Positions 33,601 through 44,040 of a stretch of DNA of 64,000 nucleotides are shown one piece after another (the first letter of the stretch is position 1; the number at the start of each line of letters is the position of its first letter). The translations under genes and the position numbers were made by a program. The stretch spans positions 1 to 64,000 of the forward strand of contig LVLI01000043.1 in NCBI GenBank assembly GCA_001687465.1. Reading direction: 5' to 3'. The notes beneath the pieces are model-generated. The model made no database searches. It was not told the origin of the DNA and was given only the letters and a program-made list of their open reading frames with translations. The DNA is from Halocafeteria seosinensis. Taxonomy: Eukaryota.

Positions 33601-35578
33601 GTCAGATTTAGTGGACAAAGAGAAAGAGCATGTCGAAGCCTTAAAGTCCAAGTTAGAGTATATGATATCGGAATGTGAACTACAGGATTCTAGACGGCAA
33701 AAGGACCTTCAAAATATGTATCAGTTTGGAATTTCGGTAGAAGATTCAATGACAAAGAACAAGTGGCTGAAGCGCATTGGCAACATTCACAACCGGGAAG
33801 ACTCGCAATCAGAACAAGCTGATGATGGAGCTGCGAACGTTAGACCGTTTATCCGCTCGTTTCTAGCTGTTGTCCACTCACTCAGCGGCACATTGAAATC
33901 TGCTCTCCTGTCTCGAAGTGGAACCATCAAGTGCTTAAAGCAATCGGAACAACTGCGAAGCCTGTTTGTATGCTCAAGAGGTTTACTTGAGGAACAGGCG
34001 TCTTTCAAGCGGATCCTCCGATCTTGCATGGTAGGTTTGACTGACTATCACTTGACTGGTATCTCTGTAGGTCCAACGATGGAAGTGTTCTTGAAGCAGC
34101 TTTCTTACAATGCTCACTACTCTAAAATGTTTGGAAGAGAATCCATTTCGGAGACGTTGTCACATGCTTTTTATTTTCTTTATGTGGACAGTGGATGTTA
34201 TGATGACTTGGCATTACGGTATACATGCTGCCGCTTGAATGATGATGAAGCTCTTGCAACGGAGATAGATCTGCTTCCCCTGGAACTTGTGAAATTCCTT
34301 GGCTGGAACTACTTCGACAGCGACTTGGTTTGGTCCAAAGCAGAAGGCGGTATCACCCACGAAGGTGGAGAGAGGTTTAAGTTGTCAGTTCAACATATGG
34401 ATCCCTTTAGAATGCTCCTGCTCCTTGCCTCTTCATTGTCTCATCTTGAAGATTTCCTGCACTACTGCTGTGTACTGTATTTGCATGCAATCGTGAACGA
34501 AACACTCTCTTCGTATCAGGATCAGAAGTGGTCTCTTGCTGGGGATGTGGGAAGAAGCCTTGCATATAATTTCCATGAATCGGTGTCTACTCCTCTAGAG
34601 GCCGAGACGTTCTACGAAGCAGCTGTAGTCCTTTCCTGTGTTTTATTCGGTGAGCTTCACGGTGACAGTGATGAGCTAGACGAAGAGTCGTTCTCTTTTG
34701 AGAATGTAGCGAAGCAGTACGCGTATCCGCTATTTTCGCTTCGTTCCTTCATTTTGGAGCAGTCCTCCAGTGATGAGACAACTTCCACAACAGTATCCCG
34801 TACGCTAGAGCGGCTGCTGCTTCAGCGAATCCATAGTAATTCCACTCCAACTGCCAATCCGCTTTTGTGTTTGACGCATGCCCTTAAAAACATGACCGCA
34901 TTGAGTGCGTCAATGGATGAACGGGATAGCAAGCGAGGACGAACCGAACGAGAGCCTCAGACATCAGTCAACCGACAATCTCAGCAGATGACTATTCGAA
35001 CCCAAGATGTTCTACCTTGTTGTCGCGCTTGGCAGAAGCAATGGGCTTTGCATATGCGGCCGTCTGCATTCGCCCCACTAATAGAGCTGCCAAGAGTATT
35101 TGAAGACTTATTCCAGAGGATAGTAAACACCCCCTCTACTTACTGGAAGGCGTTTCGCGAGCAATTCAAGAGTAACGAAAATTCTCAAGACGAGGAAAAG
35201 AAGAAGGATATACCCCCTGAGCCTCTGTTGTGCTTAGTTACGGGGAACATCGTCCCCTCGGGCCGACAAACGCACATCAACCGAGTTGGCATGGCGACGA
35301 GGTACACCCGTGCTGTGCTTGGAGGAGAAGGCCTTTTCTTGAATGCGAACTCCTCGGCGGTGATACTTATTCGGGATAAGTGGGCCACAAACTTCCCCTC
35401 ACCCTATGTCGACAAACATGGAGAACCTGACGTGGGATTGCGGCGAGGCCGTCCCCTGCGACTGGACTCAAGTCGATACGAACGCCTGCAACGATTGTGG
35501 CTAGAAAATCAGGTCGGTAAAGAAGTTGTTCGTCGTCGTAATGCAGCCAGTTCCGTAATCTCTCAAGGTTATTTTTAG
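27700..35578 (+). CDS. UBR1: N-end rule E3 ubiquitin ligase (UBR1/UBR2/PRT6-type N-recognin)
   Basis: UBR box across the 5' exons (MCGKVF...YICKDCGFDPTCVQCQECF...HEGHD|VYFH...GGCCDCGD.EAW), ClpS-like NDDVHTYDDVI, split RING (CILC...CTHAIHESC...YDCPLC) and C-terminal PSPYVDKHGEPDVGLRRGRPL. Final exon is about 7 kb. Confidence 0.92.
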
Positions 35579-35792
35579 GGTGCTCCGCTAGCCACAACTT
35601 GTTTCTGATAACGGCATTTTTTCGGCTGTTAGAGGTCGTTCCACTATCCCAAAATGCCTTATAGTTCACTAGTGATTGATACTAGACAGATGTTGTGCAC
35701 CAGCAATTAGTAACTTTGTGTACAATCACTAGGCAAAGTGCGCAATTCAAATATACGGAACGAGTTACCTTTACTATGAAGCCTGTCTTCCG

Positions 35793-36078
35793 TCAAGGAA
35801 TTGTTTTGATGCGCCATCCATATCCCGTAATATCAGCTACAAGACTTAAAGACTGTGTGGTATTAGGTAACATTTCCCACTCTCCTGTATCATCCCTATC
35901 ACCTTCCCACCATTTCTTAAATCTGTTATATGAATCATGTGGTTTCACATAATTCCCTTATTCAACCGCTGGACATTCGAAGCATATTGATCGCCTTCTA
36001 CACTTGACTTCTTTTCTTCACAATTGGTACATCCCTTTAAGAATTCTGAAACTATTTCTTTGTTTTTATGCGTCACAT
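35793..36078 (-). pseudogene. Frameshifted remnant resembling the C-terminal winged-helix domain of D5-like primase-helicases
   Basis: Joining two frames gives THKNKEIVSEFLKGCTNC...NYVKPHDSYNRFKKWWEGD...ITGYGWRIKTIP*, similar to the V..FL.EC...V...LY..YK.WCE pattern recalled for D5/P4-type C-termini. Confidence 0.4.
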
Positions 36079-36089
36079 ATTTTATATTT

Positions 36090-36266
36090 TTAATCTCGTC
36101 TAACAGATTGAACGCTATATCCTTTGACCCTTTGTGTGGCAAAGCATTTAGCTTGTTCAGGACTAAAAGCATGGGTAATAATCTTTTTCCTTGATGTTCC
36201 TCGTGGTGTATTTCTTTTCATCCTAACCACATAGCGATTTTTCATTCTATACTTCTCTGAAGACAT
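36090..36266 (-). CDS. Small basic intronless ORF (58 aa), virus-like
   Basis: MSSEKYRMKNRYVVRMKRNTPRGTSRKKIITHAFSPEQAKCFATQRVKGYSVQSVRRD*, immediately preceded by a ~40-nt A-rich tract. Below the 60-aa cutoff of the ORF track. Confidence 0.45.
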   Translation of the reverse strand: MSSEKYRMKNRYVVRMKRNTPRGTSRKKIITHAFSPEQAKCFATQRVKGYSVQSVRRD

Positions 36267-36367
36267 TTTTATTTTTTTTTATTTTTATTTTTTTTTTTTT
36301 TTTTAATTCGTGTGGTTAAATATTGCCAACGCTACTTGTAAATCTTGGAAAAAAATGAATTTTTTCT

Positions 36368-36538
36368 TTATCCGTAAACTCGGTCGTCTAAATAAAAGTA
36401 CGTCCGAGGTTCTAGACTTTCATAAATTCCTCTGGCGCGTTGATAAGCATAACCCCACTTATCCACCATATTTTGATAATTTTCGTTTTCCGCTATTTCA
36501 TTTTCTTGTTCTATCAGTAGTTCCTTCATTTTTCCCAT
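36368..36538 (-). CDS. Small acidic intronless ORF (56 aa), virus/phage-like
   Basis: MGKMKELLIEQENEIAENENYQNMVDKWGYAYQRARGIYESLEPRTYFYLDDRVYG*, preceded by AT-rich TTAATTTTAACATAATAAGTAATATACACA. Below the ORF-track cutoff. Confidence 0.45.
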   Translation of the reverse strand: MGKMKELLIEQENEIAENENYQNMVDKWGYAYQRARGIYESLEPRTYFYLDDRVYG

Positions 36539-36805
36539 TGTGTATATTACTTATTATGTTAAAATTAATAGCTTCTTGAGAATGGAGGCTAACGTTACGT
36601 CACACGTAGCAATATTCGAAACGACTTTTTTCGACAACNTATTTTCGCCNACCGCCCCACGTTCAGACTCAACCTTGACCAAAGGCTTAATCCATCAAAT
36701 TTGAAGGTCCTCGACAAAGATTTCGGGTGAATAATATTTTAGTCCAACCATTTTCAGTTATTGTTCAACAAATGTTTCGGATCAATCCTGGGTTTCGATT
36801 TTACC

Positions 36806-37230
36806 TCACTTCCAGGTTGCTTGCCGGCTTGTTTTCGTTGCTTGGGTAATTGCCGAAGAAATGCGTCCCCGAATTGATGCGGACCGTTGTAATCCAAATA
36901 TTTCTGAAACTGCCGGATCGCCAAAGTGGAAGTCCCAAGAACAAATCGATTTGCTCCGTGTAGTAAAAGACTTTGGTTTGAGATACATCTGGGAAATGGT
37001 TTGTGCGGACACACCTTTTTTTGTTTCCCTTGGTTCTGATCCCATCGAATCAAAATACCGAAGATTGTAGGTAATCATTCGACAATTGTACTTTCGATGG
37101 TTTACCTTGTTGTAATGGTTGGAAATACTGTCCGGATCGGCTAAACCGACAATTTTGTTGTCGTCGATGAAGAAATAAATGACGTTTATAACCTTTATCA
37201 ATGCAAAATGTAAAAACTCGATGGTTCGCT
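36806..37230 (-). pseudogene. Degenerate clan CE (Ulp1/adenain-like) cysteine protease remnant
   Basis: LHFALIKV...LRYFDSMG...GLQRSASIRG has the order of the H(W)xL, YFDS.G and QxNxxDCG motifs, but Arg sits at the expected Cys position. Confidence 0.35.
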
Positions 37231-38736
37231 ATCAAGTTTTCGGATTCTAATGGCGTTGTCTGTGCTTTTAAATCGATTGAACGCATTCCCCGATGACATA
37301 GGATCTAATCGCCGACGCCAGATGACCGTTTTTCTGTGGTTGTTCCATTATCTTTTGCATCTTTGTCGTCATTTGTCTCAACATGGTCGAAAAAATCGAA
37401 CAAAATAATTCGATGGATTATGAACTATCGTGGATATGCTCGCGTAGGATTATATCAAAACGGTAGTCAAAAATGGGGGCATTCCTATACTGTATAAATC
37501 CAGATGAAGAACCACCCGAATTCATCAAGCCGGAAAAACCGGTTGTACACCCCTATGTTTATACTCCGACGAATTCATCAAAATGTTGCCGTAATAAAAT
37601 GCCATGTATATTCGAAATCTGTCCGATGATGATATCGCTATTTATTCGCGAGACGTATCTGATAGAGATGGGCTATCCGTCATTTCCTTGTTGTCTTGTT
37701 GGTTGGACATAATCGAAATCCGTGGCAATGCTTAACTCAATCAATGCCCTTAAGAAGTAATATGGCTTTATCCCAAATCGTATATCATTGTGTTGATACC
37801 ATTCATTATGACTATCTACGGCAAAGTGACGATTTTCTTCGATAGTCCCAACGATCGGATTTAGATGACATTGACATCCTGACGTCCAAGTTTTCGAAAG
37901 GTGGGGTAATTTCGAACCACGTAATGGTTCCACCGCAGAAATTTATGTACACGGGCAACTTGATATTTCCGGCATTGTTCGATTTTATCAGTTATACATA
38001 TGTATCCCAGAGTTAGACGGTGGTTTGTCAGACGAATTAGTCAGTGGCGAGGATCAAATGTTGTGACAAACGTGCTCCGTGGCCCTATTTAGATACCGAA
38101 TAGAATAAAGTCAGATTTTCCGACTTTATATTTATTATATTGCTTATGAAGATCGGACGAGCTGGTGAATCTATCCCGCCGGTGAATCAGAAAATCGTCG
38201 GTAATGAGCAGTTCCATTCAATACTTCACGAATAGAAAATGAGCCGCTTCTGGGTTTTAATCTTGTACCATGGTAGGAAGAAAGAAAGTTTTGATTTGAG
38301 CTTTCTGGATAACCGGGATATTTGTACAGTGTATGCAATCGTTGGTGTCAATTCTTCCGTTGATAATGGGGATAGGCAAAAATTCAAAAGGGAGACCTAA
38401 TTCAATCGTTCAACACAATCGAAGTTACATATTTTCCCGGACATCTTTACACTAGTCAAATCCGGAATTGAATATGCCCACTGTCTGAGCAACCGCCCGT
38501 GCTGGCTTCGTGATGATTCCGCCTGTGCACCCCCCTCGCCAGGCTCGCCCGGCACCCCCGTGCTAGCCGCTGGCTTCAACTTCAACGTGTCTCAAGAGGA
38601 GGAAAAGATTGACGTGTTGCTGTCTTAACCGACAAAACTCGCCTTTTCTGTAAGCTTTCGGTTCATTTGGGATGATTATTGTGTGTTTCGCTCGGAATTT
38701 TTGGGTGGATACGATAGAAGGATCGAGTACCTAACA

Positions 38737-41700
38737 ATGAATGGAGGAAATGGTGGCGATGGAGGGGGAGAAGGAGGAGAAATGAACTGGTTTAGTGCTG
38801 GTCCTTCAGGTGAAAATGGCGATCCGGGCGCTCCACAGGACCAAACGACGTATAAAGACGATATTCCAGAGCATATGAAGAAGTCAGATAAGCGAGTTAA
38901 AAAGACAATGCAAGTGTACAGCTCGTCATCGGCGAAAGATATACTGAATAGCCGTGGAAGAGGCCGAGGAAGTCGACGCGGCCGGTCCAAAGGTAGAGCT
39001 GCACGCACCGACAGCTCATCTTCCGCCGGTTTAGACGACCGACAGAGACAGGACTCTGCGGGAGAAAGTGAAGAGAGTGCCCCTGCTGGCCCAAATGTGG
39101 GGGATGGTTTCCGAGACAAGAGAATGACTTCCCATGAGGAGGAGGAAGAAGTGGATAACTCTGCCTCATCGTGGGAGCAGCAGCAGCAGAATGGAGTTGT
39201 TCACAATGAAGAAACTGCAAGTAATGATACAGATCAAAACACGGCTACTAATGCGGATTCATCCCGTGTGGAGAAGAGGAAAGGAAGTCGACGAGGAGTC
39301 AGGGCGTCAAAGCGCTCTGGTGCTCCACCACCACCGCCTGCATCACCACCCCCACCACCAGCAGTAGCGTCTCCAAAGAACGCCACCGAACGCAGCGACA
39401 CACCACCTCCACCAGGAGTGGACGGGAGCACAAAGGATAGTTCACAGTCACCGAAACGCTCCAACAACATGGATACACCGGTGAACGCACAAACAGAGGA
39501 GACGGGCAAGAACTTTGGAACTTCTCGAAGCGAAAATGAACCGAATAGCGCGGGAACACCATCCACGGGATCTGCCACAACACCACAAATGAAATATAAG
39601 AAGCCAAATTTTCATTCCCGTGGAGACACAGCTGGTGGAGTATCTCCTTCTGGAGCGCACAGTGAAACGCCTTCTCAACGTGCTGACCGGAGGGCTGCCG
39701 AGGACTCTGAGATCCAGAACGGCAGTGTTGCCGATCGCAAAGCGGAAACGACTGCCTCATCCGGTTATAAGAAGCCAAACTTGCTAAGACGGGGACCCCA
39801 GTCAAACAACAAGAACAAGGAGAGCCCTGCTCGATCCGAAGCCTCTGAAAATCGCAATGAACCAGGAGAGCCAGAGGACCAATCGGATAGTCGGAGTGGA
39901 GATACTAAAGGTAACAAAGGGATCATGAAACAAAGATCCGATCGAGATGGAATTGAACATGGTGGATCGGAAATTACTTCATCGTATACTGATGTAGAGG
40001 GAACGGAACTCGAATCGAAAAGAGAAGGCAAACAGGCGGAGCCAAAGACGTCCGTTACAAGTAGTAATGACTCTACTGACATTGACTCGTCGAAACCGGC
40101 AGCATCACTACCGCATACGAAACCCTCGACCCCTCCCCCTGCGCCGAAATCGAACGTTGATGTCTCCGCAGTAGCCACTTCGAAGCGATCTGCTGGTTCC
40201 AGTCAGTCGCCGCATAGGGAGGAAAAGGATATATCATCCTTCAATACTACTGCATCGCACGAAGCTTCAAGAGCGCGCCCACAGACAGGATCCTCATCTG
40301 GTGATCGTTCCTCCCTTTCTACAACTACACAGGCGAGCAAAAGCTCCGTTAATATCATGGCGGGTAGTAGTCCTAAGGCTTCTCTAGGCGAAACATCTCC
40401 CAAGCCGTCACTGTTGAATCGTCTGAGAGAGAAGAGTGGAAATCAGGAGTCATCCTCGACTGAAGCTGATACTCCGAATCTGCCTTTAACGCGTGCGAAA
40501 ACTTGGAGAGATGATAAGAAAGCTGGAGTGCTAAGTGCTCAAGGGGTATCTGGTCTATTTGGCCTCGCAGGGCTATCCGACTCTGACTCTGAACATTCGG
40601 ATGACAAGTCTTCTACCCCACCAAAACGCCCTCCAAAGCAAGTCCCTTCCCTGCCTTCTCGGAAGGTTCAACCTGCACCTCCCCCACCTGGGGGTGCTGG
40701 AGCTCCTAAGAATAAGAACGGAGCTCCAGTGCCCGTAGAAGAAAGAGGAAAGGCCACGAGCAACAAGCGTGAACAACACAATGGGGAGCGTTTGACCATC
40801 GATACTAGAGTTTCCCAGACAGGTCCAGAGACCGCTAACGCGACATTTATGCGAGGTGACCGAGGACAGTCAGATCATGGAGATGACGATATCAAAGATG
40901 AACCGGTGCAGCAAGTATCTCTAGGAGGCAATGGCGAGATACCGGTATCATTTGAACAACAAATATTTGGTATGAGCTTTGAACCTGAAACTGGTACATC
41001 CGGAGCACCGGATAGCGAATCCAAGGGCAACACAAGGCAACCAGAGGCATCGACGCCCCCGTCGGCTTCTCCTAAAGGAAAAGAGAAGACACATACAGTT
41101 ACTAACACAAGCCGGTTAAGAAACTTGATGTCTCGGAGGAGGAACAAAGAGGGATATTCATACACCAGCTCTCAGTCCGCTGCAACGACTAGTGCGGAGA
41201 AAAGCGAAACAAGTAGCGGCGCGAAGTCGTCATCAGAGACTCATGAAACCAAGACCAACAAAGAAGTGGTGCGAAGAAGAAACAAAGGAATTCCAGTAAT
41301 GCTAGCAACCCATAGACTGACAAAGCTTAAAGCAGAGAGCTCAGAGATGGCTTACAGTGCTGCCTCGTCTGCTGCCCCTGTGACGTATACGCCTCCGGTC
41401 GTTGCTGCAACTCCTGCTACCATCTCCCGCAAGTTTGCAACTTCTCGGAGTACGGACAGTCCTCCTTCCCAGCCTTCGGCGGTTGTTAGTCCCTCTGAAG
41501 TACGCGGCGCTTCGACGAATAATGCGCCTCTATCTGAGGTACAGGAAGAACGTAAAACTGCCATTGAAGGAATCCAGTTACTTAACCAGGAAAGAAAACA
41601 GCTACTCGAAAGACTCCAAGCTCTGGAAAGCAAACGTGCTATGGTAATGCAGAATGAGTCGGTGACACTTTCCAAACTGCGATCTATTGGTGATACGTTG

Positions 41701-42345
41701 AGTAAACAAGCGAGGGAAATGACGGAAATGCATCAAAAAGCTGTCAGTGATCTCAGAGCTATCCTGGACCAATTGAAGAGCCGGGATAGGCACCGAGAGT
41801 TTTTGGAAGGGAACGTTGACATATCTTCTGGGTACGTAGGGAGCCCCCCACTGAGGCAACTGCCACCCTCTTTAGAGCCCTCATACAAGAGTGGTGGCCA
41901 TGGCTCTTCCCAGCTTAAAGGAGGACAGCCATCCAAGAACCGAGCAATCATAATAAAGACTTCTTTAGACGACCTTCGGAGTCCGCAGTCTGCGAAGAAA
42001 AAGACGAAGAAAGGAAGAAAAATAAGAGGCAGCAATGCGAAGTCTCCAGAGAAGAATGTTAAGCCAAAACCACCGCGGGATGCTCATTCTGGAAATAGTG
42101 AAAGGGGAACATCCTCACAAACGTCTGATCAGCAGTCGTTTGCTAGGAATTCGGGTTATCCTTTCTATTCCCACGGTGGTAGTGTTGACTCCGAATCCCC
42201 GTATACATCGCCGTACTTGACGGGAACGGCGGGCTATGATCCATATCAGCTCCCAGAGCCCCTTCCAGATGATCGAGTCCTGCACTATCGTCGTTATTTC
42301 CGTTCGCTTCAGGAACAGTATCGTCATGCAGCTGAACACAGGTGA
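38737..42345 (+). CDS. Large intrinsically disordered Ser/Pro/Gly-rich protein with one coiled coil near the C-terminus
   Basis: About 1200-aa intronless ORF with polyproline tracts and a heptad region EVQEERKTAIEGIQLLNQERKQLLERLQALE. No catalytic domain recognised. Confidence 0.75.
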   Translation: MNGGNGGDGGGEGGEMNWFSAGPSGENGDPGAPQDQTTYKDDIPEHMKKSDKRVKKTMQVYSSSSAKDILNSRGRGRGSRRGRSKGRAARTDSSSSAGLDDRQRQDSAGESEESAPAGPNVGDGFRDKRMTSHEEEEEVDNSASSWEQQQQNGVVHNEETASNDTDQNTATNADSSRVEKRKGSRRGVRASKRSGAPPPPPASPPPPPAVASPKNATERSDTPPPPGVDGSTKDSSQSPKRSNNMDTPVNAQTEETGKNFGTSRSENEPNSAGTPSTGSATTPQMKYKKPNFHSRGDTAGGVSPSGAHSETPSQRADRRAAEDSEIQNGSVADRKAETTASSGYKKPNLLRRGPQSNNKNKESPARSEASENRNEPGEPEDQSDSRSGDTKGNKGIMKQRSDRDGIEHGGSEITSSYTDVEGTELESKREGKQAEPKTSVTSSNDSTDIDSSKPAASLPHTKPSTPPPAPKSNVDVSAVATSKRSAGSSQSPHREEKDISSFNTTASHEASRARPQTGSSSGDRSSLSTTTQASKSSVNIMAGSSPKASLGETSPKPSLLNRLREKSGNQESSSTEADTPNLPLTRAKTWRDDKKAGVLSAQGVSGLFGLAGLSDSDSEHSDDKSSTPPKRPPKQVPSLPSRKVQPAPPPPGGAGAPKNKNGAPVPVEERGKATSNKREQHNGERLTIDTRVSQTGPETANATFMRGDRGQSDHGDDDIKDEPVQQVSLGGNGEIPVSFEQQIFGMSFEPETGTSGAPDSESKGNTRQPEASTPPSASPKGKEKTHTVTNTSRLRNLMSRRRNKEGYSYTSSQSAATTSAEKSETSSGAKSSSETHETKTNKEVVRRRNKGIPVMLATHRLTKLKAESSEMAYSAASSAAPVTYTPPVVAATPATISRKFATSRSTDSPPSQPSAVVSPSEVRGASTNNAPLSEVQEERKTAIEGIQLLNQERKQLLERLQALESKRAMVMQNESVTLSKLRSIGDTLSKQAREMTEMHQKAVSDLRAILDQLKSRDRHREFLEGNVDISSGYVGSPPLRQLPPSLEPSYKSGGHGSSQLKGGQPSKNRAIIIKTSLDDLRSPQSAKKKTKKGRKIRGSNAKSPEKNVKPKPPRDAHSGNSERGTSSQTSDQQSFARNSGYPFYSHGGSVDSESPYTSPYLTGTAGYDPYQLPEPLPDDRVLHYRRYFRSLQEQYRHAAEHR

Positions 42346-42635
42346 GAACCGGTACTTCATTAATTAATTTGCCCCCCGATTAATGCACTCGTTGATTCTA
42401 GTCCCATCTCTTCATTCATTCATCTAACTAACTAGCTGCGATACAGCACTTGTTTCATCCCCCCAACGACTACTAGAAATGACAGGGTTGGTGGAGTGGT
42501 GTGCCCACATACCCCTTCACACAGTGAGGACTAGGTTGCGATTGACGTCCGTTTGTTCTGACGTCATTTCATTGAAGGTGCTCCAAAACGTGTTGTTGAT
42601 TGACAATTGCATTCATTCGCCAACAAGAGAAAACG

Positions 42636-43953
42636 ATGGGCTCGAAATACTCAATCATTGCGTCGACGCAATGGTACTGGGAGGGATCTAAAAAATACGG
42701 TCGCGAGGGCTTCCTGAAGGCTTCCAAGAACTGGTAAGAGAACCTCAATGCAATCCTCAGACTTCCCTCATCTCATAAACGTACTTTTTGTTTTGTTGCA
42801 GGGATCCGAAAGCGCTGGACAAAGATTTGACCGGACTCCACTACATTGTGACAGGTGCGAATTCCGGATTGGGCTTTGAGACCGCCAAACAGTTTGCACA
42901 GAGGAATGCCGTGGTTCATATGTTGTGTCGAAGTGAAGAGAAAGGAACAACCGCTCGACAGCAAATCGTCGAGGCGACTAGGAATGACCAAATTCACCTT
43001 CATGTGGTGGACTTGAGCAACTTTGATTCGATACAAAACTTTGCCACGAAGTATAACTCGGATTATGGTTCCGCTAAGGGTAAGCAAAAAGTGTTTGAAA
43101 AATGGAATCTGTGGACTCTTTTAATTTTTCTTACGCAGTACTCGTAAACAATGCTGGGTTGATGCCTGAGACTCTGAAGAAGTCGGAGCAGGGCATCGAG
43201 CTCTCTTTCGCAACCATGGTGGGAGGAAGTTTCCTCTTAACTGGTTTACTGCTTCCATCGCTTAAAGCAGCTCGACCTTCTCATGTTATCAATGTCTCCT
43301 CAGGTGGCATGTAAGTTACGCAAAACGGTACTTGTGTATTATGGTTGACAAATACCTGCATTTACTCGCCCTTCGTCTAACAGGTACACGGCAAAGATGG
43401 ACCTGGGCGATGTCAACTTTGAAAAGTCCAAATACGATGCCTTGTTTGCTTACTCTAACAGCAAACGAGCTATGGTAAGAATCAATCGTTACGTCGTGCT
43501 TGAGTGACTCGGACGGAAGGTTTACCTGTTATTTGATCATATCCTCAGGTATACCTGACTGAGCTCTGGAGCAGAAAAGTTATAGATGACGTCTTATTCC
43601 ACTCAATGCATCCAGGTTGGACAGACACCCCAGGGGTACGAACCTCGCTTCCTAAATTTGCCGATAGGCAGGGAGAAAATCTACGCACTCAGGATCAAGG
43701 GGCGGATACAATAATCTGGCTGGGAACTCGCCCAGATTCTGAAATATTACCCTCTGGGCAGTTTTGGTTTGATCGCGAACCTGTCCCTGAAGATATGTCT
43801 CGATTCACAAAGAACTCAGAAGCTGATAAAGACCAGCTCTGGACCTACTGCGAGAAATTGTGCAATCGTATATACAATGCAGATACCGGCACTCTAACGC
43901 ACGCTACCAGTGCTGGAGAGGGCGCTGCTGCAAGCTCAACTGATGGTCACTAA
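42636..43953 (+). CDS. DHRS12: Short-chain dehydrogenase/reductase, DHRS12-like, multi-exon
   Basis: IVTGANSGLG, LVNNAG, INVSSGGM|Y, YSNSK catalytic YxxxK, MHPGWTDTPGVRTSLP, QGADTIIWL and SGQFWFDR. The N-terminal W..GSKKYGREGF matches DHRS12. Confidence 0.88.
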
Positions 43954-44040
43954 GAGAAATCGTTCTTTCATGTACCCCATAAGCACTCTGTTTGAGCGAC
44001 AAGAGATATTAATATGCCAACTATCTTTGTATTGCACGCA

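Larger units (their letters stand above)
35700..38200. mobile_element. AT-rich island, probable degraded endogenous viral element (NCLDV, Polinton-like or virophage type)
   Basis: Abrupt AT enrichment; short intronless ORFs packed head-to-tail with A/T-rich spacers; frameshifted remnants; the only two ambiguous bases in the window (36639, 36650). Boundaries are approximate and no TIR or TSD was identified. Confidence 0.55.

Noticed and set aside
36265..36304. Poly(T)/poly(A) tract as a retroposon tail
   Set aside because: No TSD or RT remnant was seen, and the tract sits directly before the ATG of the 58-aa ORF, so it is better explained as an AT-rich spacer or promoter.
38676..42360. Many long antisense ORFs over the 1200-aa disordered protein and other large genes
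   Set aside because: These are expected shadow ORFs from codon bias in low-complexity coding sequence.
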